DNA from: an uncultured Chitinophaga sp.
GTDB taxonomy: Bacteria > Bacteroidota > Bacteroidia > Bacteroidales > GCA-2748055
Reading direction: 5' to 3'
NCBI GenBank assembly: GCA_964404825.1
Contig: CAYOLQ010000002.1
Coordinates: forward strand, 325 to 64,324
DNA: 64,000 bases
Shown in pieces: positions 49,394 to 58,513 of this stretch (within the stretch, counting starts at the first letter, position 1; every line of letters starts with the position of its first letter). The notes under the pieces are model-generated. The model searched no databases. It had not been told where the DNA came from and saw only the letters and a program-made list of their open reading frames with translations. Made by a program: the position numbers and the translations under genes.

Positions 49394-50578
49394 TTATTGT
49401 CTGTACTTTTCCGTTCGCTTAAAAACTGCCATCAGAATTTCCTTTTCAGTTTCGTCAAATATCATATTTCTTCTTTCCATGACCTTTTCTGCGACTTCAA
49501 AAGCTTTGGGTATTGTGAAAGTACTAAGACCGTGTGCTCCTCCCCATGAAAATGAAGGAACGAAATTTCTGGGGAAGCCCGATCCGAATATATTTGCATT
49601 TACTCCCACAACAGTACCCGTATTAAACATAGTGTTTATGCCGCATTTGGAGTGATCACCCATAATCAGTCCGCAAAACTGAAGACCTGTGTTTATAAAT
49701 TTATCCTCCTTATAGCTCCACAATTTTACAATAGCGTAGTTATTTTTCAGGTTGGAGTTGTTACTGTCGGCTCCGATGTTGCACCATTCCCCTAGAACCG
49801 AATTGCCAAGGAAACCATCGTGACCCTTATTCGAATTTCCGAAGATTACAGAATTGTTTATTTCCCCGCCTGCTTTTGAATTCGGGCCTATGGTTGTAGG
49901 ACCGTAAATTTTTGCTCCCATTTTAAGAGTGGAATGTTCACAAAGTGCAAATGGTCCGCGAACAATCGATCCTTCCATGATTTCGCTGTCTTTGCCTAGG
50001 TATACAGGACCGGCAGATGCATTAATTGTGGCAAATTCCCCTTTAAAGCCCTCTTCTGCAAATATATTCTCCGGATTAAGAAGATTCATTGTTTTACTAA
50101 GTTTAGCAGATTTTCTGCCCGAAGTAATCAAGGTAAAATCATTTCTTATTTCATCACCATTGAGCTGGAAAATATGCCACGGATGGTCAATGAGTCGCGG
50201 AACGAATGGGCTTTCAATTGTTTTTAGTCCTCTCAGATTTTTATAATCGAATTGTTGAGTATGGGGTTTGTCGAGTCTGGCAACCATCATCCTTTCACCT
50301 GAAACAATTGCTTCACCGGATTTCAGTTCTGTAATACTTTTTATTATTTCGGGGGATGGCAACAGGCTTGCATTAATAAGCAGATTATCATTCTGAATAT
50401 TAACAGGATATTTGGTTGTAAGATAATCCTGAGTTAAGCAGGATATTTCTGTCTCAAGAATTTTCTCCCATTTTTCATGTATTGTCAATATTCCTACCCG
50501 TATTCGGCAAACCGGTCGGGTAAATGTAAGTGGGAGCAATTGTTCCCAGCTCTGGTCGTCGAAGAGGATATAGTTCAT
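49394..50578 (-). CDS. putative sugar nucleotidyltransferase with a left-handed beta-helix (GlmU-like) C-domain
   Basis: Start set at the ATG at 50578 (MNYILFDD); the ORF track extends to a TTG at 50596. Hexapeptide-repeat region GPNSKAGGEINNSVIFGNSNKGHDGFLGNSVLGEWCNIGADSN. Confidence 0.7.
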   Translation of the reverse strand: MNYILFDDQSWEQLLPLTFTRPVCRIRVGILTIHEKWEKILETEISCLTQDYLTTKYPVNIQNDNLLINASLLPSPEIIKSITELKSGEAIVSGERMMVARLDKPHTQQFDYKNLRGLKTIESPFVPRLIDHPWHIFQLNGDEIRNDFTLITSGRKSAKLSKTMNLLNPENIFAEEGFKGEFATINASAGPVYLGKDSEIMEGSIVRGPFALCEHSTLKMGAKIYGPTTIGPNSKAGGEINNSVIFGNSNKGHDGFLGNSVLGEWCNIGADSNNSNLKNNYAIVKLWSYKEDKFINTGLQFCGLIMGDHSKCGINTMFNTGTVVGVNANIFGSGFPRNFVPSFSWGGAHGLSTFTIPKAFEVAEKVMERRNMIFDETEKEILMAVFKRTEKYRQ

Positions 50579-50807
50579 TTTGGTTTTTTCTTTCAAATAT
50601 ATGAAAAGTTAAGGTAAATTAAGCGCAGAACCCCGCATTCGCGGGGTACGCTAAGGCGCGGATTAAGAAACGCGATTTTTTTCAGAAATAGAAAACTGCG
50701 GTTTCAGCTGCGTCTTTCCGCGTGTCACTGAAGCTTCAGCGGAGGCACAGCGTGGCCCGCTTCAGGCGTCCCGATGGCTATCGGGATTGCGCTTAACATT
50801 GATTTCA

Positions 50808-50915
50808 CGCAAAGTCGCAAAGGTTTTTTGGAAAACGACAGGAAGAATGATTCTTAACTTTCTTTGCGACTTTGCGCGAAACCCTTTTGATTTCTCGCAA
50901 AGCCGCAAAGTTTTT
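50808..50915. repeat. three copies of a 15-mer (tandem CGCAAAG heptamers): direct, inverted, direct
   Basis: cgcaaagtcgcaaag at 50808-50822, its exact reverse complement at 50862-50876, and cgcaaagccgcaaag at 50896-50910. Copies 1 and 3 are each followed by a T-run. Confidence 0.6.
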
Positions 50916-50940
50916 GGAATCGAGATGGATTTTTTTGAAT

Positions 50941-50980
50941 AAAATAAAAAACTCCGGCTGCTAAGAATAACAACCGGAGT
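50941..50980 (-). terminator. Rho-independent terminator of rpmE2
   Basis: 7-bp stem actccgg/ccggagt with a 16-nt loop, followed on the minus strand by TTTTTATTTT. It lies 22 nt after the stop. Confidence 0.6.
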
Positions 50981-51001
50981 CTCAGTATTTTAAAGGAAGA
51001 A

Positions 51002-51277
51002 CTATTTCTCTGTAGTTTTCTTTTTGTCAATATGGTCTTTATAGCGATTCATAAATTTATCAACACGACCAGCTGTATCAACAAGTTTCATCTTTCCAGT
51101 GTAGTAAGGATGTGAAGCATTTGAAATTTCAAGTTTTACCAGGGGATACTCAACTCCGTCCTCCATGGTTATTTTTTCTTTAGATGTTGCAGTAGAACGG
51201 GTAAGGAAAGTATAACCGTTTGACATATCCTTAAATGCAACAAGCCTGTAATTTTTTGGGTGGATGTCTTTTTTCAT
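51002..51277 (-). CDS. rpmE2: 50S ribosomal protein L31, type B (no Zn-ribbon cysteines)
   Basis: Start set at [10 protein letters not shown] (ATG at 51277). The HPYYTGK motif is present and there are no CxxC pairs. Confidence 0.9.
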   Translation of the reverse strand: MKKDIHPKNYRLVAFKDMSNGYTFLTRSTATSKEKITMEDGVEYPLVKLEISNASHPYYTGKMKLVDTAGRVDKFMNRYKDHIDKKKTTEK

Positions 51278-51319
51278 TTTTTTATCCTTGCTATAAATAA
51301 CAAAATTCGATTCGGACTG

Positions 51320-51327
51320 CAAAATTA
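51320..51327 (-). promoter_or_regulatory. candidate -7 box (TAATTTTG) for rpmE2
   Basis: TAnnTTTG match 43 nt upstream of the ATG. It is embedded in a 15-mer nearly identical to one upstream of tRNA-His. Confidence 0.4.
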
Positions 51328-51392
51328 GAAATAGTTACAACAATAGCAAAATATATTTTCATTTATTTTCATTTCATACTTAAAACAGATAT

Positions 51393-52601
51393 TCAGGCAA
51401 TCAGGTCTTTGTCTCCAATTTCCAGAAGCTTCTCAGGGTCTACTTTCTCAGGCATAAACCTTTCAAAAGGTATGGTTTTATCAATCATATACCGGAGGGT
51501 AAAATGAGTTTTTGCCTTAACCCCGCCTACTGCTTCGTATAGTGAGATCATCTTTGGATTAAAATCCCCAACCCAGGAAAGCTCGATTTCCTTGTACTGC
51601 GGTTTAAATTTCATTTTTTCATTCATATGCCAGAAAATGCCTGATTCTACGCCGGAATTCTGGAATTTGGGTATTACTCCTGCTGCAATAGCGCGTATCC
51701 GGTTTATCATTCCGGTTTTTTTGTAATAGATAAACCTGAGCATATTCCAGAGATGGAGTTTGCCGTTTAGTTTTTTCAGTATCTGATTTGCATCCGGAAA
51801 CATAATAAAAAATGAAATGGGTTCATCTTTATGATAGGCAAACCATATCATTTCTCCATCCAGGACTGCTTTTGCGCCATTCAGGATTTCACGCAATAAT
51901 TCCTTATCCAGAGGGGTGAAGTCGTCTTTTAACGAAGACCAGGCTTTTTCATAAATATAAGATGCATCATCAATCAGTTTGTCTGCATTCTTCCAGGTGA
52001 AGTGCTGAAAATGGAAGTCGGGTTTTTTTCCAATCCATTCGGCAATTTTCCAGAATCGTTCCGGAAATTTTTTAGTTAGATCGAGGTGAAAACTGTATTG
52101 TTTAAAAAATACCTGAAATCCATATTTCAGGAAAAGATCTTTATAGTAGGGGAGATGGTATGGCATTCCAATTCCCGGATGGGTGAAACCATCCACCAGT
52201 AAGCCCCAGTTCGAATCGTTCTCACCGAAATTAACCGGAGCATCCATAGCTTTCATACCCTTCCTTTCAAGCCATTCGCGGGCAGTGTCGAAAAGGAGGT
52301 TGGCAGAAGCCTGATTGTTGATGCATTCAAAAAAACCTGCTCCACCGGTAAGAACTTTTTCTGCTTTGGCCTTTTTCAGGTTATAAAAAGCTGCGATACG
52401 CCCGACAGGTCTGCCGTCCTTATCTTTCAGAATCCATCGGCAAGCTTCTCCATCAACGAAACTGCGGTTTTTTTGCGGGTTGAATATTCGTTTAATGTCG
52501 TTATCGGGCAAACAGACCCAATAAGGGTCGTTTTTGTACAGAATTCTCGGTACATCGAGAAATTGCTTTTCTGTTTTTTTTGAGGATACTTCCAGGATCA
52601 T
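51393..52601 (-). CDS. hypothetical protein, possibly a large GNAT-like acyltransferase
   Basis: 402 aa, cytoplasmic. The N-terminal PRILYKNDPYWVCLP and GRIAAF pattern resembles a Bacteroidota GNAT-annotated family. This was recognised by eye only. Confidence 0.4.
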   Translation of the reverse strand: MILEVSSKKTEKQFLDVPRILYKNDPYWVCLPDNDIKRIFNPQKNRSFVDGEACRWILKDKDGRPVGRIAAFYNLKKAKAEKVLTGGAGFFECINNQASANLLFDTAREWLERKGMKAMDAPVNFGENDSNWGLLVDGFTHPGIGMPYHLPYYKDLFLKYGFQVFFKQYSFHLDLTKKFPERFWKIAEWIGKKPDFHFQHFTWKNADKLIDDASYIYEKAWSSLKDDFTPLDKELLREILNGAKAVLDGEMIWFAYHKDEPISFFIMFPDANQILKKLNGKLHLWNMLRFIYYKKTGMINRIRAIAAGVIPKFQNSGVESGIFWHMNEKMKFKPQYKEIELSWVGDFNPKMISLYEAVGGVKAKTHFTLRYMIDKTIPFERFMPEKVDPEKLLEIGDKDLIA

Positions 52602-53050
52602 TTTCTTAGAATTATATCAAATTCTTTGAGAGTAATGATTTTAGTATTTCCATATTTTTTTATAGCGAGGACATCTTTATCCCCTGTAACAAGAAAATCA
52701 GCTTTGCTTTGATCCGCAAGTTCAAGTAAAAAATTATCTTTTGGATCACGGCAAATACTTATTGAATTATCTATTTGATAAACCTGACCGATCAAATAAA
52801 TAAATTTAATCAAATCATTGAGGTTAGATTTTGTAAAGTATTTATTAAATTTTGGTCTGTCAGCAACGATCTTTAATTCCTGAATAATCTGATGTGCAAA
52901 AACTAACTCAATACGATTAGAAACTATCAAAAATTTGAGGTTTTTCAATTGTTTGCCAATCAAAAAACTGATAAATAGATTAGTATCTATAATTACCCTA
53001 AATTTTTTGCTTTTTGGCATAAATTTCAGTTCGTGCCTCTTCGACTTCAT
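52598..53050 (-). CDS. PIN-domain toxin (type II toxin-antitoxin)
   Basis: 150 aa. Acidic PIN residues in IIDTNLF, RDPKDNFLLE and TGDKD. The probable start is the ATG at 53020. The stop overlaps the downstream gene start by 4 nt. Confidence 0.75.
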   Translation of the reverse strand: MKSKRHELKFMPKSKKFRVIIDTNLFISFLIGKQLKNLKFLIVSNRIELVFAHQIIQELKIVADRPKFNKYFTKSNLNDLIKFIYLIGQVYQIDNSISICRDPKDNFLLELADQSKADFLVTGDKDVLAIKKYGNTKIITLKEFDIILRK

Positions 53051-53234
53051 GATTTATCTCTTCCTGAGTAATATCTTCAGCAGAAAAAGAGTTTAGAATA
53101 CGGGTTAGTCTTTTATCAACAGCCTCTTTTGCTAATTCATTGCTTAATTTAGCCTTGTCTTTTTTGGGAAGCTGCCTGACTAAATCAAGAACCTGGTTAT
53201 ATGTCAGATTTATTTTATAAGATGAGTTTTCCAT
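52998..53234 (-). CDS. putative cognate antitoxin
   Basis: 78 aa, charged and helical, immediately upstream of the PIN gene and overlapping it. Confidence 0.5.
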   Translation of the reverse strand: MENSSYKINLTYNQVLDLVRQLPKKDKAKLSNELAKEAVDKRLTRILNSFSAEDITQEEINHEVEEARTEIYAKKQKI

Positions 53235-53290
53235 ATCACACTAATTTAATTTACATTACAAAAAAGTGTTGAAGAAAGGCAATCATACTA

Positions 53291-53298
53291 CAAATATA
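53291..53298 (-). promoter_or_regulatory. candidate -7 box (TATATTTG) for the toxin-antitoxin operon
   Basis: TAnnTTTG match 57 nt upstream of the antitoxin ATG. Confidence 0.3.
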
Positions 53299-53351
53299 CC
53301 AGAAATCATCGTGAATTTATCATCTTGAAGGTCTTTCTGGAATTATAAGCC

Positions 53352-54830
53352 CTACCCAAGCCTAAACCAATCATTCACAATCGCATCCTGATCGCATGAC
53401 ATTTCTTCTGATTTATGAATGTATTCATTCCGGTTCAATAAATATAAATATTCTTTTTCATGTGTGTTGATATTTGCAATTATTTCTTCAATAGCATGCA
53501 GAAACAGTCTTACTTCCTCATCGGTCATGGTAGGGTGTAATGACCATCTAACCCAACCCGGTTTTTCAGAAAGATCGCCATGATTGATTTTGTCGGTTAT
53601 TGCTTTGGATTTCTCGTAGCTTACCTCCAGAAGGTAATGCCCGTATGTTCCGGCGCAGGCGCATCCTCCCCTTACCTGAATTCCGTATAAATCGTTCAGA
53701 AGTTTAACAATCAGGTTAAAATGAATTTTTTCGTGGTAAAAGGATATGATCCCCAGCCGGTCTTCATCATGGTCTGCAAGGATTTTTATCCCGGGGATCT
53801 TCCTGAGACCGGGAAATGCCAATGCAAGAAGTTCATTTTCCCGCGCATGCATTTTCTCCACCCCCATTTTTTGTTTAAGTTCAATGGCAAGTGCTGCTTT
53901 TATTGCTTCCAGAAATCCCGGAGTGCCACCGTCTTCGCGGGTTTCAATATCATCCACATACTTGTAAGATCCCCATGGGTTTGTCCAGTCAACGGTTCCA
54001 CCTCCCGGGTTATCGGGAACGCTGGAATGGTACATAGACGAATCGAAAATCAACACACCGCAGGAACCCGGCCCGCCAAGAAATTTGTGCGGTGAGAAAA
54101 ATACTGCATCAAGCTTCTCCATAGGATCTTCAGGATGCATATTAATGGTTTCGTAAGGTGCTGAGGCTGCAAAATCAGCGAAGCATAAACCACCGGCCTC
54201 ATGCATGATTCTGGCCATCTTGTGGATAGGGGTATGAATTCCGGTTACATTGGAACAGGCAGTGAAGCTGCCGATCTTAAAGGTACTGTCCTTGTACTTC
54301 TCCAGCTGAATGCGCAATTCGTCAAGGTCAACACTTAGATCAGGCTTCGGTTTCAGCTGAACAACTTCTGCAATCGTCTCAAACCATGATGTCTGGTTGG
54401 AATGGTGCTCCATATGAGTTACAAAAACCACAGGACGGTTGCCTTTCTTAACACAATCTTTGTGGCTGTTTCCTCCACAACCTTTCAGACTTAGAATCCG
54501 CTGCAACTTGTTCACCAATGTAGTCATGCCAAATCCGGAGGTTATGATCACATCCTGAGGACCGGCATTTACATGTTTTTTTATATATTTATGGGCATAA
54601 TGATAGCTTTTTGTCATCAATGAGCCCGTTGTATTGGTTTCAGTATGGGTGTTGGCAACAAAAGGGCCGAATTCTTCCAGAAGTTTTTTTTCAATCGGGT
54701 GATGTAACCTCCCGCTGGCAATCCAGTCAGCATAAAGAATTTTCTTTCTGCCATACGGAGAATCAAATTCAGCATCTATACCAACGATTTCTTTCCTGAA
54801 TTTGTTGAAATACTTCTCGAGTTCGGTCAT
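53352..54830 (-). CDS. aminotransferase class V-fold PLP-dependent enzyme (cysteine desulfurase-like)
   Basis: 492 aa. PLP-lysine motif FSPHKFLGGPG and an upstream HHSN motif. Confidence 0.75.
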   Translation of the reverse strand: MTELEKYFNKFRKEIVGIDAEFDSPYGRKKILYADWIASGRLHHPIEKKLLEEFGPFVANTHTETNTTGSLMTKSYHYAHKYIKKHVNAGPQDVIITSGFGMTTLVNKLQRILSLKGCGGNSHKDCVKKGNRPVVFVTHMEHHSNQTSWFETIAEVVQLKPKPDLSVDLDELRIQLEKYKDSTFKIGSFTACSNVTGIHTPIHKMARIMHEAGGLCFADFAASAPYETINMHPEDPMEKLDAVFFSPHKFLGGPGSCGVLIFDSSMYHSSVPDNPGGGTVDWTNPWGSYKYVDDIETREDGGTPGFLEAIKAALAIELKQKMGVEKMHARENELLALAFPGLRKIPGIKILADHDEDRLGIISFYHEKIHFNLIVKLLNDLYGIQVRGGCACAGTYGHYLLEVSYEKSKAITDKINHGDLSEKPGWVRWSLHPTMTDEEVRLFLHAIEEIIANINTHEKEYLYLLNRNEYIHKSEEMSCDQDAIVNDWFRLG

Positions 54831-54968
54831 TTAGATCGGTTGATTAATAAATCATGACGATGAAACAGCAGATTATGATCATTTGTATGGAACAGAATAC
54901 CTGAGTTTTACACAACCATAAGGAACTATAAAACTTTAAACCCTCAGGGCTAAAAATAAACCTGATTC

Positions 54969-55718
54969 TTAATTCCTGCTCGATAATTTGGATAAAAGCC
55001 GAAGCATCTCCAGGTAAAGCCAGATCAAAGTAACCATCAATCCAAATGAGGCATACCATTCCATATATTTCGGGGCTCCCTGCTGGGCTCCTTTTTCAAT
55101 AAAATCAAAGTCGAGAACGAGGTTCAGCGAAGCTACAACTACAATAACCACACTGATTATAATTCCAACAGGTCCGTTACTGTGCATAAATCCAATGTTT
55201 ACGCCAAACATCCCGAGAACAAATGAAAGCAGATATGCTATGGCAATCCCTCCTGTAGCAGCAAGAACACCAAGTCGGAAGTTTTCTGTAACTTTTATCA
55301 GTCCTGACTTATAAGCAAAAAGTAAGGCAAATAATGTTCCGAACGTCAGTGCAACAGCTTGTAGCACAATTCCGGGAAAACTGGCATTAAACATTGCCGA
55401 AACACCTCCAAGAAATAATCCCTGAAGAATAGCATACAAGGGAGCTGTGTAAGGGGCCCAGGTTTTTTTGAAAACAGTTATAAGGGCAGTTATCAGGCCT
55501 CCTATTGCGCCTCCAATCATGAAGATCATTAGTGAAGTACTCTGTTCAGCCATCAGTTTCCATGTATAGGATGCTCCGAGAACTACAAGGGCAACCAGCA
55601 AAAATGACTTATTGACAGTTCCCTGTATTGTCATGGATGATTCAGCCTGTCTGGCAAAATCAGCTCCTTTGAAAGTATTGTCTCCCAGAACAGGATTCGA
55701 AGAACGGGTTATGTTCAT
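54969..55718 (-). CDS. Bax inhibitor-1/YccA family membrane protein
   Basis: 249 aa with seven hydrophobic helices. The N-terminal SSNPVL and the C-terminal charged tail are typical of the family. Confidence 0.8.
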   Translation of the reverse strand: MNITRSSNPVLGDNTFKGADFARQAESSMTIQGTVNKSFLLVALVVLGASYTWKLMAEQSTSLMIFMIGGAIGGLITALITVFKKTWAPYTAPLYAILQGLFLGGVSAMFNASFPGIVLQAVALTFGTLFALLFAYKSGLIKVTENFRLGVLAATGGIAIAYLLSFVLGMFGVNIGFMHSNGPVGIIISVVIVVVASLNLVLDFDFIEKGAQQGAPKYMEWYASFGLMVTLIWLYLEMLRLLSKLSSRN

Positions 55719-55921
55719 TTTTTATAAATTTAAAGTTCAAAGATATGTTTTTTTGAATTCCAACGATATTCAAACAGTATGCCAAAGAAAATGTTTGACC
55801 TGATCGGTCCGGATAACTGACAAATTGTATGTAAAGAAGGAGATAATCGTGTTTTAAGTGTTATTTTTGTTTCAGGCTTGTATTAAGTCCAGAAAAAAAT
55901 AGTATTCCGGATTTTCAAATC

Positions 55922-57247
55922 ATGAAAAAAAGAATAAGAGAATTATCAAAGAATGAGTTTGTTGTAAATGTATTTACCCTGATGTCAGCGACCACCATCG
56001 CACAAATCATAGCCATTCTCATTTACCTTATTCTTGCAAGGGTTTACACAGACTACGAGCACGGAATTTTCGCCCTGTACATGAGTATAATTGCTGTTAC
56101 AGGAATTATCTCCACAGGAAAATATGAGTCGGCGGTGATGATGCCAAATGACGACAGAAAAGCTTTTAACATTGTGGCACTGGGATCCTTTTTATCGTTA
56201 GGATTCAGTTTGTTCCTTCTGGCTCTGATAATCCCCTTTCACCATAGTTTTGCGGTTTTACTTGGGGATCCCCTGATAGAAAAATGGTTATGGTTTGTGC
56301 CTCTGTCAACAATTATGATTGGACTTTTTCAAAACTTATCATACTGGGCAAACAGGAACAAGCGATTTGGCAGCATGGCAGTTGCAAACGTTGGCCAGTC
56401 TCTTTCCAATTCGGCGGTTAAGGTTTCCACTCCCGGAATTTTTGCAAACGGCGGAGGTTTAATTGTTGGTGCAATAGTGGGTCAGTTTGCTGGTATAGTT
56501 TTATTTATCAGGGATCTGATTCGAAAAGATGCCGGCTTTCTGAAATATATAAGTATTAAAGAAATGAAGGAAATGGCAAGGGAATATCGTTTCTTTCCAA
56601 GGTTTAATATGATTCATAACCTGATAAATAATTTCTCAGCAAACCTCCCTGTTTTTGTTATTGCATCCAAATTCGGGGCCGCAGAGGCTGGTATTTATTC
56701 ATTTGGATTTCTGATGGTATACAGACCGGTTAATCTGGTAACCAGCTCATTTACACAAGTTTTCTCGCAACGGGTTATAAATAAGTATAATAGTGGAAAG
56801 AGTATTTACTCCGATGTTAAGCGACTTGCAATCAAACTATTTCAGTTTGCACTGATTCCTTTTATTTTAGCGGGATTTGCCGGTCCGTTTATTTTCACTG
56901 TGATTTTTGGGGAATATTGGGCCGAAGCGGGAACGTATATGCAGATTCTCCTTCCATGGATATTTATTGTATTGTTGTCATCTCCTTTTTCATTTTTGCC
57001 AGATATGCTTAAAAGGCAGCAAACCGCTATGTGGCTTGATGTGCTGAAAATTGCCCTTAGGATTCCGGCACTTGCCATTGGAGTTTATTACAATAACATA
57101 TACCTTGCAGTGATTTTGTTTAGTGCCGTAAGTACCCTTTCTGTAGCATACAGTTTCTATTGGTATATTAATCTGGCGAGGAAGGCTGACAAGAAGAGAA
57201 GAGACGAGGTTGTTAAAAATATTGAGTTGCCGATAAGTCTTAATTGA
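55922..57247 (+). CDS. polysaccharide/oligosaccharide flippase (Wzx-like, MOP superfamily)
   Basis: 441 aa with about 12 TM helices and N-terminal FVVNVFTLMSATTIAQ. It sits next to a glycosyltransferase. Confidence 0.7.
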   Translation: MKKRIRELSKNEFVVNVFTLMSATTIAQIIAILIYLILARVYTDYEHGIFALYMSIIAVTGIISTGKYESAVMMPNDDRKAFNIVALGSFLSLGFSLFLLALIIPFHHSFAVLLGDPLIEKWLWFVPLSTIMIGLFQNLSYWANRNKRFGSMAVANVGQSLSNSAVKVSTPGIFANGGGLIVGAIVGQFAGIVLFIRDLIRKDAGFLKYISIKEMKEMAREYRFFPRFNMIHNLINNFSANLPVFVIASKFGAAEAGIYSFGFLMVYRPVNLVTSSFTQVFSQRVINKYNSGKSIYSDVKRLAIKLFQFALIPFILAGFAGPFIFTVIFGEYWAEAGTYMQILLPWIFIVLLSSPFSFLPDMLKRQQTAMWLDVLKIALRIPALAIGVYYNNIYLAVILFSAVSTLSVAYSFYWYINLARKADKKRRDEVVKNIELPISLN

Positions 57248-57307
57248 AAAAATGAGATTCAGGTACAGCGAAAACTCATTAACTTGTTATGATATTATGA
57301 TACTATT

Positions 57308-58513
57308 TTGAAAGAAACTCTTCCATACCGCGTGTTGATAATTCCTTCATGGTATATTCCTGATGGAGGAACATTCTTTCGTGATCATGCTGAAGCATTA
57401 AATAATACCGATTTTGAAGTACATGTTCTGGTTAACCGGACAGTAACATTTACTTCAAATTCCCTTAAAGAGATCGTTTTTTCGGGGCAAAAATCTGAGT
57501 ATATCGAAAACGGAGTATTGGTTTACAAACGATCCACCCTGAAATGGCCTAAACTTGAAGAATGGAATCTGAACCGGTGGATACGAAAATATATTTTGCA
57601 CTTTGAGAAATACAGACTCAGGCATGGTTTACCTGATATTATGATTGTCCAGAGTTCTATCTGGGCGGGAGCTGTGGCTGCCAGACTGAAAAAGATATAC
57701 CGTATTCCATATATCCTTGTTGAACACAGAGGACGATTTACTGAGCACCTGGAACTTTCTGAAGAGTATTTTGAAGACTGGTATCTGAACTATTTGAAAT
57801 CGGCATTTGCCAATGCTGAAAGAATTGTTTGTGTAAGCGAGGCCTTAAAAAATAAGATAAGCAGCATCAGCAATATACCTGCTGCGGATATAAGTATCAT
57901 TCCGAACCTCATAGATACAGATTTTTTTATTCCTTCGGGAAGGGTTCGTGAACTTCAGCCATTCGTTTTTCTGAGTGCGGGATTTCTTGATCGCGTAAAG
58001 GGATTCGATATACTTCTGGGTGCATTTGCAAAATTTCTTGAGCGCAATGAAGGTGAGTTTTTTCTTAGGATTGCCGGGCGCGGTAAAGATCAGAAGTTAC
58101 TCAGGAAATATGCTGCAGATCTGGGAATTTCAGACAGGGTAACTTTTATAGGTAAGGTAAGCCGGGAGAGGATTCGTGACGAAATGCAGCGCTCAAATGT
58201 ATTTGTACTTCCAAGTCGTTTCGAATCATTTGGAGTTGTGCTTATAGAAGCCTTGGCTACTGCATGCCCCATAATTGCAACCCGTTCAGGCGGACCATCC
58301 TCAATTGTAAGCGACAGCAATGGCTTTTTGGTAGATGTTGAAAATGAGGATGAATTATCCAATGCGATGGAAAGAATTTATTTATGCTATCCGAATTTTA
58401 ATCCCGAAGTAATTCGTAACGAAGCTGTTGATAAATATAGTCGTGAAGTTGTTTGTGAGAAGTACCGAAATTTAATCCGCGAAACTTTACATGAATACAC
58501 TATTATTGCTTGA
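57308..58513 (+). CDS. GT4-family (GT-B fold) glycosyltransferase
   Basis: 401 aa. The E-x7-E region is PSRFESFGVVLIEALA. The start appears to be TTG. Confidence 0.85.
   Translation: MKETLPYRVLIIPSWYIPDGGTFFRDHAEALNNTDFEVHVLVNRTVTFTSNSLKEIVFSGQKSEYIENGVLVYKRSTLKWPKLEEWNLNRWIRKYILHFEKYRLRHGLPDIMIVQSSIWAGAVAARLKKIYRIPYILVEHRGRFTEHLELSEEYFEDWYLNYLKSAFANAERIVCVSEALKNKISSISNIPAADISIIPNLIDTDFFIPSGRVRELQPFVFLSAGFLDRVKGFDILLGAFAKFLERNEGEFFLRIAGRGKDQKLLRKYAADLGISDRVTFIGKVSRERIRDEMQRSNVFVLPSRFESFGVVLIEALATACPIIATRSGGPSSIVSDSNGFLVDVENEDELSNAMERIYLCYPNFNPEVIRNEAVDKYSREVVCEKYRNLIRETLHEYTIIA

Noticed and set aside
50631-50646. ccccgc-attc-gcgggg hairpin as a terminator.
   Set aside because: No T-run follows on either strand. 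It lies upstream of, not downstream of, the nearest minus-strand gene. It is kept only as part of the structured intergenic finding.
50808-50910. Possible CRISPR array suggested by the three repeated 15-mers.
   Set aside because: There are only three copies, one of them inverted. The spacings are irregular (39 and 19 nt), the repeats are far shorter than CRISPR repeats, and there are no cas genes in the window.
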